64,000 nt of DNA from an uncultured Nitrososphaerota archaeon (GTDB lineage Archaea; Thermoproteota; Nitrososphaeria; Nitrososphaerales; CADDZS01). Position numbers and translations under genes: made by a program. The notes under the pieces were generated by a model. That model saw only the letters and a program-made list of their open reading frames with translations. It was not told the origin of the DNA and ran no database searches. Shown in pieces: positions 52,034 through 63,001 of the stretch (position 1 is the first letter of the stretch; the number at the start of each line of letters is the position of its first letter). The stretch covers positions 320,001 to 384,000 of the forward strand of contig CAWCYI010000006.1 in assembly GCA_963799845.1 (NCBI GenBank), in the 5' to 3' direction.

Positions 52034-52942
52034 TTACTGAGTCTTCAACCCGTTTTCTCTTTCCAGTTCTAGCGCAATGACGCTGAAATCTTTGTCTCCA
52101 TCTCCCTTTTCAGAGGCTTTCGAATATTGGCTCAGTGCGATGCTTGACAAGTGAAGCACTGCTCCGGTTTCCTTGGCTTGCCTGTCTGCGAGCCTGAGAT
52201 CTTTCAGAAGATTATTGAGAGAGAATTGTGGATCAAATATCCCGGACGCAATCCTGGGGCCTTTGGCTTCGCTGAACGTGTTTCGATGTGGAGTCTTGTT
52301 TATTACATCCACGAACGTTTTTGCATCGAACCCCTGCTTTTGAGATAAGATGAGCGCCTCAGAGAAGGATTCCCCGATAAGACCCAGATACAAATTGACA
52401 TCTAGTTTCATCTTGTGACCGTTTCCTGCTTTGCCCATGTATTCCACTGTCTGCCCGAGCTCGCCTAGAAAATTCCGATACCTTTGAAAGACTTCAGGAC
52501 CGCCTCCAACAAGGATCAACAGTCCCCCCTTTGATGCGAGATCCTCGCTTCCCACCACCGGTGCATCGAGTCTATCAACGCCGGACTTTCTCGCCGCTTC
52601 TGCATGCCTAACTGACGCGGTCGGATCAATCGTACTCAGGTCGATCCATAAACTTTCTTTCTTCATGGAATTAACAAAGCCGTTTGCACCGAGTGCTAAG
52701 CTCTCAATTGCATTCTCATCTGTGAGCGAGGTCAGGACGATTTCGACCGAAGAAGCTAAATCCGCTGCGGAGGGGTGAAAAATCGCGCCTTTGGTAACGA
52801 GAGGCTGAGCTTTTTCTTTTGTCCGGTTGTAGACATGCACCTCGTACTCTCTTGACAGGAGATTGGACGCAAACGCGCTTCCCATCAGGCCCAGGCCTAT
52901 TACACCGATTTTCAACTTTGTTTCTTTCGTTCCAGAGCTCAT
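52034..52942 (-). CDS. NAD(P)-dependent beta-hydroxyacid dehydrogenase (3-hydroxyisobutyrate DH family)
   Basis: GVIGLGLMG, YNRT, DAPVVG, MKL..N, F.L..LLKDL. Confidence 0.9.
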   Translation of the reverse strand: MSSGTKETKLKIGVIGLGLMGSAFASNLLSREYEVHVYNRTKEKAQPLVTKGAIFHPSAADLASSVEIVLTSLTDENAIESLALGANGFVNSMKKESLWIDLSTIDPTASVRHAEAARKSGVDRLDAPVVGSEDLASKGGLLILVGGGPEVFQRYRNFLGELGQTVEYMGKAGNGHKMKLDVNLYLGLIGESFSEALILSQKQGFDAKTFVDVINKTPHRNTFSEAKGPRIASGIFDPQFSLNNLLKDLRLADRQAKETGAVLHLSSIALSQYSKASEKGDGDKDFSVIALELERENGLKTQ

Positions 52943-53311
52943 TTTGCAAACTGCCTCGTCTAATTTCGATATTTTCAGTGCCAAGCGTGCAAGCATAAAT
53001 GCTGTTCGGAAGTTTGTCTTCTTTTCTCTCGAAGAATAATCCAGAGCCTCCCATGAATTATTCCCGCAGATATTTCTTAATGTCAGTCAAGAAGTATTGT
53101 CAGTTCTGAAAGGTTACGAAACACGCACGGCCGCAACAGTTCAAGGCACCTTTTTATGGAAGCCCCGAGATCTCGGGTCTAGCTTTTCCTTTCTTTTTTT
53201 CGAACTAGGAGACCTTTGCTTCGGGGACTATGATATGCTTGGTTCCATTTCCATACGCCTAAATGGCTTTAATTAAAGGGGATGCAAAGATGTGAGAGCT
53301 GAAAATAAGGT

Positions 53312-53833
53312 ATGGCAAAAGTGAAGGACCATATGACGACCGACGTTCCACATGTAAAGAGTTCTGATACGGTGCCGGTTGTCGCGGAGACGATGAACAG
53401 GGTCGGGTCGTCAGGCGTTGCGGTGTACGAGGAAGACAAAGTCGTAGGTCTTATCACAGCGAGGCGATTGGTATTCGAATTCATTACCTTGAACAAAAGG
53501 CCCGAAGAAGTGAAAGTGAGTCAAGTCATGGGACCCTTCTTTCGGATCAGCCCGAATGCATCAACGAAGGAACCGGCTCGGAAGATCAATGCTCATAATA
53601 TTACTAGGCTTGGCGTCTTCGAGAACGAAAAATTCTTGGGCTGAATTTCACTCTCTGACCTGACCCGAGAGCTCGGCAAGAGAAGGCTAATTGGAGTTGT
53701 GAGATCGCATGAATCGCCTGAGAATCCAGAGGTCCTCTGTCCAAACTGTCGCGCAGCATTCATTGAGAAGGTCACCAATTATGAGGGAGAGATATTGAGG
53801 TGGACATGCCCTAAATGTAAATATTCTCTTTAA
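53312..53833 (+). pseudogene. CBS-pair protein with C-terminal zinc ribbon, in-frame TGA at 53642-53644
   Basis: The frame continues past TGA: FLG*ISLSDL...LCPNC...WTCPKCKYSL; probably TGG>TGA. Confidence 0.75.
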
Positions 53834-53976
53834 GATTCATGGCACGAAGTAGAACTTTGATGCGGCAGAATGTATTTTCTTTGCTCAAGTGAGCTCAAGA
53901 ATAATGAAAATTACTTTCACGTCATAACTTGCCTATATTCAGAACCGCTTGGTTTGGGCTTACTAGCAAATCCATG

Positions 53977-54001
53977 AATGCGAAGGGTAGGATTTTAACC
54001 C
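53977..54001 (-). repeat. Degenerate copy of tRNA-Leu 3' end (att-like)
   Basis: 21/25 identity with 56384-56408, same orientation. Confidence 0.6.
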
Positions 54002-54285
54002 CAATTTGCCGGTAAAACATTTTTGAAACGCAAATTCCCCCTTAGGTCCGGGATCCGGACACGAATATGCTAGTAAACGGGAGTAACCCATGCCTGCATG
54101 CGTTTCGCAAATTGGCCCAAAATCCGACATTCTGTTGTGGGGAGACGTACATATAAGCCCACGCCAATTCATGTGCGGGATTCCCACGTCACACTCAAGA
54201 TTTTTTCATCAGGATGGGATCCTAGCAGGTGCTACTTCAATAGAATCTAAACAGTTTTATCATGATTTGAAGACGGCCGGATTGG

Positions 54286-56232
54286 TTGTCTGAAAGCAAG
54301 CGTAGGCTCGCAGCCATAATGTTCACTGATATGGTGGGCTATACGGCTCTTGGTCAGAGGAACGAGTCTCTTTCGCTAGCCCTTGTAGAAGAACAGAGGA
54401 GGATTGTAAGACCAATTCTGTTGAGACACAATGGCAGAGAGGTGAAGACAATCGGCGATGCATTTTTGGTCGAATTCCCCAATGCTCTGGACGCTGTGAG
54501 ATGCGCGTACGATGTACAGCGGGCCACGCGTGAATTCAACATTTCAGTACCCGAAGAAAGCAAAATTCAACTTCGCGTAGGAGTACATCTGGGTGACGTG
54601 GTAGAATCCGGTGGCGATATTTTTGGCGATGCAGTCAACGTTGCCTCCAGAATTGAATCTATAGCGGAGGGGGGTGGAGTTTGTTTGACGCGACAGGTTT
54701 ACGATGGAGTCAGAAACAAGATTGAACTAACTTTTACGAGCTTGGGAGAAAAGTCACTCAAGAACGTAGATCTCCCAATAGAAGTATACAGGATCGATAT
54801 GCCGTGGGACAGACGAGAGCTAGAGTCAACACGGAAACTTGATAGTCATAGAATAGCAGTTCTCCCCTTTGCCAGTCTGAGCCCTGATCCCAATGACGAG
54901 TTCTTCGCTGACGGTTTAACCGATGAGCTCATCACAAGATTGTCGTTGCTCTCGGGGCTCGAGGTGATCGCTCGAACTTCCGTCATGAGCTACAAAAAGA
55001 AAGAAAAGAATGCCAACCAGATCGGCAAGGAACTTAGGGCAGGGGCTTTGGTTGAGGGCAGTGTGAGAAAGTCAGGTAACAGAATCCGCGTGACGGCTCA
55101 GCTGAATTGATTCGAATAGTGAGAGTCATCTGTGGGCAGAGAGTTATGATCGTAAATTGGAAGACATCTTCTCGGTACAGTCAGATATCGCAGAAAGAGT
55201 CGCTTCAAGTTTGCGCGTTAATATTACAGCTCAGGAAAAGAAAAGGATCGAGAAGGAAAGCACGGCGAATATGGAAGCGCATAACGAGTATTTGAAGGGT
55301 AAGGTTAGCGCTGTGCGGTGGGATAGGAGCTCTCTTTCCACGGCGGTTAAACACTTTGAGAAGGCGATCGCTCTGGATCCGGATTTTCCCTTGGCCTACT
55401 GTGGGTTGTCCATGATCTATTCGAAGCTCGCTTTTCAGGACGCTGTCAATCCATCAGAGGCTTATGAAAAGGCACAACGATATGCCCTCAAAGCCAAGGA
55501 GCTTGACGAATCGCTGCCCGAGGCCTATCTTTATCTCGTAGCCGCGCGGCTCAATACGTATGATTTTGCAACCCGGGAAGACGATCTCAAGAAAGCCCTT
55601 TCGCTAAACCCCAATCTGGCCGAAGCTCATATGCTTCTTGCCAATCACTATGCATACATGAACCGTTGGGATGAAGTCGTCATGGAAATCGAGAAGGCTC
55701 TCCAGCTCGATCCACTTTCGGTGGATGCCATGGAATATGCAGGGACCTGGTACCTGTACGCAGGGCGCTATGATGATGCCATCAAGTGTCTCGAGGAAGC
55801 GCTGGAGCTTGACCCGAGTAATTCGCAAGCCCTAGATAACATGGGTCTGGCCCACATTCAGAAGGGGATGGTCGAGCAAGGACTGGAGGAAATCAAGAGG
55901 GCTGTCAAAGCTCAGAACACTCCAGCTCCTAATGGAGATCTCGCCTATGCCTACGTGAAAGCAGGGCGGCCGGAGGAGGCAAGGAAAATTTTGGCAGAGC
56001 TACAAAAACCGGACTCGAATAATCCCGTAGCTTCTACCACGATAGCTGGAATATACGCGGTGCTTGGGGAAAAAGAAAAGGCCCTTCAATGGCTGGAAAA
56101 GGCATACGATGAAAGATCGGGTACCTCCCTTCGATTGCTGCGGACTTTGTATATGATAACCTGCACGCAGAGCCGCGATTTCTGGCACTGCTAAGCAAGA
56201 TGGGGTTAAACAGGCCGACGAGAATAAAGTAG
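54286..56232 (+). CDS. Class III adenylate/guanylate cyclase + TolB-like + TPR protein (indels near 55107 and 56122)
   Basis: RRLAAIMFTDMVGYT, KTIGDA, GDAVNVASRIE, IAVLPF..S.DP..EFFADGLT, TPR repeats. Confidence 0.9.
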
Positions 56233-56385
56233 TAGCCGTAACGTATAAGTCTCCCGACAATTAGGACGTTGGAAATAAATCAGTCTCAATAGTTCAGAAT
56301 AGGAATTATCGTTTGTTTTTATAGAAGGATCGATCTTAGAGAGCGTGGAAAGGCCGTATCCATTTTCTCTAATTTGCCCTAAAAA

Positions 56386-56550
56386 TGCGAGGGGTGGGAT
56401 TCGAACCCACGAACCCCTAAGGGACGGGATTTCTCACTAGTAAGCCAGGTTAATTACTAGTCTGACCTCTGTCTCATGGACAAAGGAGATCTTAAGTCTC
56501 ACGCAACACATTGTTGTCCCGCGCAATTGACCAGGCTCTGCAACCCTCGC
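56386..56550 (-). tRNA. tRNA-Leu(TAA) with at least two BHB introns (30/31, 20 nt; 37/38, 60 nt)
   Basis: Acceptor GCGAGGG/CCCTCGC-A; T arm GTGGG-TTCGAAT-CCCAC; long variable arm; spliced anticodon arm CGGGA-CTTAAGA-TCCCG; introns at 56517-56498 and 56490-56431. Confidence 0.92.
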
Positions 56551-56598
56551 AAGCCGGTCTCGTTTTCGTCCTAAGATTGAAAAGGAAATCTGTTAAAA

Positions 56599-57230
56599 TT
56601 AGGTGCCAAAAATCGAGATTATCCCTGAGGTTAGGAATGAGACCGCGATGGCCGCCATCAGTATCTCCATAACCTTTCCAACTATTATCAATCTAGTAGG
56701 TCCTACCAGTCTTGTGAGTCTGGCGCTGGCCCTAAATAAAAGCCATGCAATGAAACAATCAACAATTATTGAAACCAAACTCAACTAAGGGCCGTAAGGA
56801 TCCCTTGCAAGCGGCATCACCGTCGTTAAGGATCCCGGGCCAGCAAGCAGAGGCGTTGCTATCGGAATTACCGCGATCATTTCGACAAGCTTCATTTTGT
56901 CAATTACGACGTCAGATTTGGTGACCCCCAAAGGCTCACTTGAAAGGGCAATCCGCAGTGCAAAAAGAAGTAGTAGTGTTCCGCCGGCGATTTCAAAATC
57001 CGCGATCTTGATTCCTAGGAAAAATAAGATTAGATCGCCCTATAGCGCAAAAACGAGCAGCAGTCCCGCCGCGACAAGTACTGCTCTGTTTGCAATCTCC
57101 TCCAGCTGTATTTCCGACACACCACCAGTCATCGACACGAAGAATGGAAATACCCCAATTGGATCGAGGATGACAAAAGTGTCACAATCCCCGTGACAAA
57201 TTCGGTCGCGATTTCTATGAGTTGCGTCAA
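56599..57230 (-). pseudogene. MarC-family membrane protein pseudogene
   Basis: DPIGVFPFF, FEIAGG.LL, IAVIPIATPLLAGPGS, GKVMEILMAAIAV; a frameshift plus two in-frame TAG stops. Confidence 0.8.
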
Positions 57231-57256
57231 GCCTTACACGAAGCTCTCATAGTTCG

Positions 57257-57754
57257 TCAGGCTCGATTCCCCGAGTCGTCATCTGCTTCGATCTGCAGCT
57301 CTCTTTTTTGAAGAATCTCGTCGATTATGAGAACGGTTCTTCTGATATTGCGCAGCGGGACGATGGGATCATAGCCTACAACCGGCTGGGTCTTCGAAAA
57401 TTCAGAGAGCGGATGTCTGTCGGAGTATTTCTTGTTCACTACAAGGAGCTCGACCAGCTCTTCAGTGCCCATGTTTTCAATTTCGGACCTCCATCCATGA
57501 TAATAGCGTCCCTTGTCATCAACGAGGGTAATCTTTTCGTCGCCGGTATTTTCTCTTCGAATTTTGGCCCAAAAATCCTTCGCATCCTCGTCGTAAGCTA
57601 CAGTGCCCGATTCAATTTTTTTCCTGTAACTTTCAACGGCCTGTTTTACTTGATCGGAAGAGAGGTTCAAATCAGTGCCTATCTCCAAAATTGGTTTTCC
57701 TAATTCTGATAGGTAGAAGCAAGCTTCTTCTACAAACTCATCTTCGATGGGCAA
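57257..57754 (-). CDS. Hypothetical protein with N-terminal HTH-like segment
   Basis: 165-aa ORF; GKPILEIGTDLNLSSDQVK. Confidence 0.65.
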   Translation of the reverse strand: MPIEDEFVEEACFYLSELGKPILEIGTDLNLSSDQVKQAVESYRKKIESGTVAYDEDAKDFWAKIRRENTGDEKITLVDDKGRYYHGWRSEIENMGTEELVELLVVNKKYSDRHPLSEFSKTQPVVGYDPIVPLRNIRRTVLIIDEILQKRELQIEADDDSGNRA

Positions 57755-57990
57755 ACAAAGTATCGATCCCCGGCCATACTATTAAAGCCGTTCACCAAAA
57801 GAGAAGTAAGATGATTAGCGCTCCGTTGGCGAAGTTACATTCATCGTCCTATTTCGAATTAGTGATTTACAAACTCGCCCTAATGTTTTGCGACCTTTGT
57901 GAAATCGGGTGAATCATTTCTCTTATTATGAATTAATCGATAGTTTCGACCGGGACGATAGAAAGTAAGATGGAGGAAAATAGCAAATAG

Positions 57991-59158
57991 TTGCGCCGGA
58001 TCTACTTTTCAGTTTTCGGATCAGGCCTTGGTCATGCGGCCCGTATCAGCGAGATTCTCAAGTAAGCTTTTCAACCGAGGGGACGAATTCATGTATTCGA
58101 GCTTTGAGGAGGGTCTAGATTATCTTCGCGCTCAAGGGATGCATCCTGCCCAAAGCCCGTCGATTGACCTGAGGTGGAACTCGGATGGTGGTTTCTCTTC
58201 GCAGGATTCGTTTCTGGGATTTCCCAAGGCAATACTCACCTTCATCAAGCAATTTGGTTTCGAGTCAGACATACTCTCAAGATTTCATCCAAATGTGGTG
58301 GTTTCTGATTCGAGACTTTCTCCAATATTTGCGGCACGAGCAAAATCCTGTCCAATTGTCACGATACTGAACCAATTCAAGGTGCTTTTTCCATCAAGGT
58401 TTCGTGGTAATTTGCTTTCAGATTTCTACGAGCGAATTGCCGGAAATGTACTTGGCCTCTTTTGGTCCCTGAGCGACGAGGTTCTAATGTCGGACCTTCC
58501 GCCACCCTATACCATAAGTGAGGCGAATATTGCCGGTACAAATATCTCAAACATCGTCCAATACGTTGGATTTACGTCGCCCAGCCTGTCGGTCACGGAA
58601 GAAAGCGTCAGCAAAGTAAAGAGTGCTCTATCCTTTGATTCTAGAGACGTCGTCTTCATCCAGATTAGCGGTCCCAATGCCACAAAGAAAAGATTTGTTG
58701 ATACCGCACTCGTAGCCACCGAAGAGCTCTCCAAACGATTTAACGTCGTCGTCTCACTTGGATATCCCAAAGGCTCTAGCAATCCGAAGAAACTTACCAA
58801 TGGTTCCTGGCTGTTCGAATGGTGTCCGGTGAAGGATGAGCTCTTCGTACTATCGCGAGCATTGGTTGGCAGATCTGGTCATGGGACTATCGGGCAGTGC
58901 ATCAATCTAGGAAAGCCGGCCGTGTTAGTCCCGATCTTTAATCATTCAGAGCAGATTGCGAATGCGGACAAATTTCAGAAACTTGGGCTTGGGATCGAAG
59001 TCCGGTCGGAGAAACTAACTCCAAACATCTTAGTCGAATCGGTGGATGCTTGCATCGAAGATCCTTCGTATATCGAAAGATCCAGAAAAGTCATGGAGAT
59101 CTCCAAACGGTACGGCGGAGTCAACAGTGTGGTGCGGGTAATAGAGTCGTACCTTTAG
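57991..59158 (+). CDS. GT-B glycosyltransferase (MurG/GT28-like), indel near 58065
   Basis: GSGLGHAAR N-terminus in another frame; VVVSDSRL; GRSGHGT; P..NHSEQ.ANA. Confidence 0.85.
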
Positions 59159-59167
59159 CCAGTTTGT

Positions 59168-60679
59168 CTAGGCTCTCGACGTAATCTTTGGAGCAATCTC
59201 TGGCGCTGTTTCGAGCGACGTCTGTCTGATGTGCCTCGTCAGATTCATGGATTTCAGAGTAAAAATCCCGAATCCAGCCATCGACAGGGAAAGGAACCAT
59301 ACTCCATGCAAGAGGGCAAAAATCGCCAAGCCTATTCCGCTTATCGCTAGTACGCCTTCGACTATCGAGTTTCGGTCGTTTGCAAGGTTTCTGAAGTATT
59401 TTGTCTTGGTCATCTCCTTTTCCGAACCGGATTTTGGCGTCCTGTAGAGAAAGAACCCCAGCCTATCGAAAACGCCGTAGAAAAAGCCGATGGAGCCGAG
59501 CGTAAGCATACATCCCGTGGCGTAACCAAGCATCGGGATCAGAGAAGCATTCTCTTTCGTTAACAGACCCTGAATCCACAATGCCCAGGCTCCAGAGAGC
59601 ATGGAAATCGCGATGGGAACGGTCACGATAGTCACGAAGATTGGATTATTGAAGATTGAATTAGCTGGCGTGACGATGTTCAGAAAGACCGCGAGGGCAG
59701 AAAGAAATGTCACGATGATCCAGCTCAGAGATGAAAATGGGCTCATTAGCATCAAAATTAACCCAAACCTCTTTCGGAGAGAGATATCGTCAGCGGTGAA
59801 GATCGTCTTCCAGTACTTTGCAATACACCGCCACCATCCTTGTGAGGTTCTCGCGACCTGCTTTTTCCATGCTTCCAGTGTGGAAGGATCTTCGCTCATT
59901 ATGGTGACATTGCTAAGGTAGATACCACGCTTTCCTGCGAGGTAGAGCTTTATCGATACGTCAGTGTCATCCGCGATTCGTTCGTTAGACCACTGACCGA
60001 CCTCTCGAAGATCTTTCGTCCTTACCATGGTAAAGCCGCCCTGGAATGAAAAGGGAGCGTCAATCCTGTACGAACCCATCTTCGAAAGAGTGTCCCCGAT
60101 GTCCTGAGAAAGGGCAAACAGCTTGGTAACCTTGTTGTAGCTCCTATTGTAATGACCGTAGCGATATGAGACAAAGGATGCCCTGTCGTGAGTTTCGAGA
60201 GTATCAATTCCCTTGCTCAAAATATCTTTAGGAATGATCGAGTCCGCGTCAAGTAGCAAAACATATTCACCAACTACATAGTCCATCGCCTTGTTTAGAG
60301 CGCCACATTTGAAATTCTCCCGCGTTGGCCTTCTCGAAACAACTGCTTTTATCCCGGAGCGATTCAGCTCCCTAACTTTGTTTTCGATAATTTCAGCAGT
60401 GAGATCGTTAGAATCATCAGCGACAACAACTTGTATCTTGTGTCTGGGATAGTCGAGATGTTTCACGGCATCAAGTGACTTCTCAATTACAAATCTTTCA
60501 TTGAAAGTCGCAATCAGGATCGAAACCATCGGATGGTAGTCGAGCTCGACCTTTTTCCTGCCCAGATTTCTCGGGTATTTCGTCGATGAAACCAGCAAAA
60601 CCATCCAATAATATGAAAGCGCGAGAACTGGTAAGCTCAGCGCCAGCGTGACCAGCTCGACAATGAACCAAGTCTGCAT
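59168..60679 (-). CDS. Membrane GT2 glycosyltransferase (cellulose-synthase-like)
   Basis: ATFNE, ADDS, KCGALN, LDAD, ADD, QxxRW-like QVART.QGW; TM helices. Confidence 0.88.
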   Translation of the reverse strand: MQTWFIVELVTLALSLPVLALSYYWMVLLVSSTKYPRNLGRKKVELDYHPMVSILIATFNERFVIEKSLDAVKHLDYPRHKIQVVVADDSNDLTAEIIENKVRELNRSGIKAVVSRRPTRENFKCGALNKAMDYVVGEYVLLLDADSIIPKDILSKGIDTLETHDRASFVSYRYGHYNRSYNKVTKLFALSQDIGDTLSKMGSYRIDAPFSFQGGFTMVRTKDLREVGQWSNERIADDTDVSIKLYLAGKRGIYLSNVTIMSEDPSTLEAWKKQVARTSQGWWRCIAKYWKTIFTADDISLRKRFGLILMLMSPFSSLSWIIVTFLSALAVFLNIVTPANSIFNNPIFVTIVTVPIAISMLSGAWALWIQGLLTKENASLIPMLGYATGCMLTLGSIGFFYGVFDRLGFFLYRTPKSGSEKEMTKTKYFRNLANDRNSIVEGVLAISGIGLAIFALLHGVWFLSLSMAGFGIFTLKSMNLTRHIRQTSLETAPEIAPKITSRA

Positions 60680-60902
60680 TGTGAGATTTGCCAGAATTCC
60701 GATTAGTGACTTTCTATATGTTATGTAAATTTTTAGCTTCGGCCACTAGAAATCTGTTCGAGAATCATATGGAATGCCCTTTTTCCGTTCCTGAAGAAGA
60801 TTTGATTTGATTGATTCCACTCGATTTTTAGTCAAAACAACGCATCCGACCAGTTATTGGACAGCTTATATTTTCGGTTTATCCGCGATTGGAGTCTAAT
60901 CA

Positions 60903-61511
60903 TTGAAGCGAAAATCCTGGGCCGTATTTCTGGATAGAGACGGAGTTCTGAATGAGCTTGTATTTTACAAAGAGCAAGGCCGAGTCGGCAGCCCTCTGTC
61001 GGCAAAGCAGCTCATAGTTACGCCCCGCGCCGCGGAGACCGTAAATGGCATTCATGACCTGGGAGCGAAAATCATCGTCATTTCCAATCAACCGGGTGTT
61101 GCCAAAAAGCAATTCAGTAACAATGAGCTTCTCAAGATGAATGAGAAAATCAAGATAGAGCTCGCAAAAAAGGGAGCGTTTCTAGATGCGGAGTACTACT
61201 GTCTACATCATCCGAGCGCATTGATTGAGAAGTACAGGAAGGTCTGCGATTGCAGGAAACCAAAGCCCGGTTTGGTTCTAAGGGCGGCAGAAGAACATAA
61301 TCTAGATCTCAAACAGTCTTTTTTTGTCGGTGATTCATTGATAGATGTTAAGGCGGGACGATCAGCGGGAGTTAGGACGGTACTTGTCGGAACGATGACA
61401 GATCTCCTCAACCGAGTGATTGAGAATGAAGATGCGAGGCCAGATTACATTGTAGGCAAATTTACTGATGTTGTTGGGCTAATTAGAAAAGTTCGCGCGA
61501 ACAGCTCTTGA
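60903..61511 (+). CDS. gmhB: D,D-heptose 1,7-bisphosphate phosphatase (HAD IIIA)
   Basis: FLDRDGVLN, SNQPG, CLHHP..CDCRKPKPG, GDS..D. Confidence 0.85.
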   Translation: MKRKSWAVFLDRDGVLNELVFYKEQGRVGSPLSAKQLIVTPRAAETVNGIHDLGAKIIVISNQPGVAKKQFSNNELLKMNEKIKIELAKKGAFLDAEYYCLHHPSALIEKYRKVCDCRKPKPGLVLRAAEEHNLDLKQSFFVGDSLIDVKAGRSAGVRTVLVGTMTDLLNRVIENEDARPDYIVGKFTDVVGLIRKVRANSS

Positions 61512-61524
61512 AGCGTGCCATCCA

Positions 61525-62235
61525 TTGCAAGTTGTAATTCTTGCCGGCGGTCTCGGCACTAGATTACGGCCTCTTACTTTTTCGGTTCCCAAGCCAATGG
61601 TGAGTGTAAACGACAGACCTTTTCTCGAATACGAGTTGCGCCTTCTGAAGAAAAACGAATTCGAAAAATTTGTCTTTTGTCTCGGGTACAAGTCAGAAGC
61701 AATCGTGAGCCATTTTGGGAACGGTGAGAGATTTGGAGTCTCGATTGCCTACAGCTATGACGGCGATAAACAGCTCGGCCCTGCGGGGGCACTGAAGAAT
61801 GCTTCCAGCCTCTTGGAAAAAGAGTTCATGGTTACGTATGGAGATGCTTTCCTCCGGATGGATTATCTGAATCTCACCAAGAAGTTTCATGAGTCGGGAA
61901 AACTCGGGATGATGGTTGTTCTTGAAAACCATGACGAGTTCGGAAAAAGTGATCTCATAGTCAGGAACGGAATGGTAACGAAGTACGACAAGCGCGGGAG
62001 TGATCCAGAAATGGTGTGGATCAATTTTGGTGCCACACTGTTGAAAAGAGATTCACTCGATTTGATATCACCTGGGATCGAAGTTGGAGAAGAGCAGTTC
62101 TATGGCTCGCTAATCGCAAGAAGTGAGCTCGCTGCTTTTGTCTCAAAAGAACGGTTCTACGAAATCGGTACGATTCGGGGTTTGCAAGAGTTTGAAAATT
62201 TCCTGGCCAAGAATCTCGATTACTTTCGCGACTAG
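61525..62235 (+). CDS. Sugar-phosphate nucleotidyltransferase (HddC-like)
   Basis: LAGGLGTRL..PKPM, YGD, FYEIGT; clustered with gmhA/gmhB. Confidence 0.8.
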   Translation: MQVVILAGGLGTRLRPLTFSVPKPMVSVNDRPFLEYELRLLKKNEFEKFVFCLGYKSEAIVSHFGNGERFGVSIAYSYDGDKQLGPAGALKNASSLLEKEFMVTYGDAFLRMDYLNLTKKFHESGKLGMMVVLENHDEFGKSDLIVRNGMVTKYDKRGSDPEMVWINFGATLLKRDSLDLISPGIEVGEEQFYGSLIARSELAAFVSKERFYEIGTIRGLQEFENFLAKNLDYFRD

Positions 62236-62317
62236 CTTTAGGCCAAATAGAATATTGCGCTTGCGGCGATACTATTGTCAAATACTTATTTAGCCTAGAA
62301 GGGGCCGCAACAGAGAC

Positions 62318-63001
62318 ATGGTCCAAGTTTTTCTTGACACTGCGTCGCTGAACGAGATTGAAGAAATTTCTAGTTGGGGAATTGTGGATGGGGTTACAAC
62401 AAACCAGAAGATTTTCCTCGCCGAGGGAGGAGTGGACTTTCGGAAGAGGGTTCTCGACATTTGCCACATCGTGGATGGGCCAATAAGTGTTGAGACAACG
62501 AAAAACAACGTCAGGGACCTCCTTGACGAAGCTCGAGAGTACGCGTCCTGGCACAAGAATATTGTGATAAAGGTCGCAATGTTTGGTAACGGTGATGGCC
62601 TCAAGGTCGTGAGTCAGTTGACCCGCGAGGGTATCAAGACCAACATGACGGTAATGATGACCTTCAACCAACTTGTTCTCGCCACAAAAGCCGGTGCCAC
62701 TTTTGTTTCGCTATTTTACAACCGGTCTAAGGAAGCCGGCGAGGATCCGGCCAAGATAATCAGAGATTACGCTGCTTTTACGAAGGAAGGCGGGTATGCT
62801 TCTCGGCTCATTGTCGGGAGCATCAGAACACCAGAAGACGTTGCGACCGCGATAACATGTGGGGCGCACATCATGACGATACCAACGAAGATTCTGAAGG
62901 CCATGCCGTATAACAAGCGGACGGAAGAAACAATTGCTGAATTCGATCGCGCTTGGATCGATTTTCTGGCTAAGAGCAATCCGCAGAAGATCGCTCAGTA
63001 A
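62318..63001 (+). CDS. tal: Small transaldolase / fructose-6-phosphate aldolase family
   Basis: FLDTA, GVTTN, ISVE, VIK Schiff-base Lys, TNMT, SIR. Confidence 0.85.
   Translation: MVQVFLDTASLNEIEEISSWGIVDGVTTNQKIFLAEGGVDFRKRVLDICHIVDGPISVETTKNNVRDLLDEAREYASWHKNIVIKVAMFGNGDGLKVVSQLTREGIKTNMTVMMTFNQLVLATKAGATFVSLFYNRSKEAGEDPAKIIRDYAAFTKEGGYASRLIVGSIRTPEDVATAITCGAHIMTIPTKILKAMPYNKRTEETIAEFDRAWIDFLAKSNPQKIAQ

Noticed and set aside
53642-53644. Selenocysteine or genetic-code-4 readthrough of TGA in the CBS gene
   Set aside because: The position fits Trp (TGG>TGA), and many other genes here end normally in TGA.
56455-56500. Alternative splicing to a UCA or CAG anticodon
   Set aside because: No BHB register supports it, and the body and spliced arm fit Leu(TAA).
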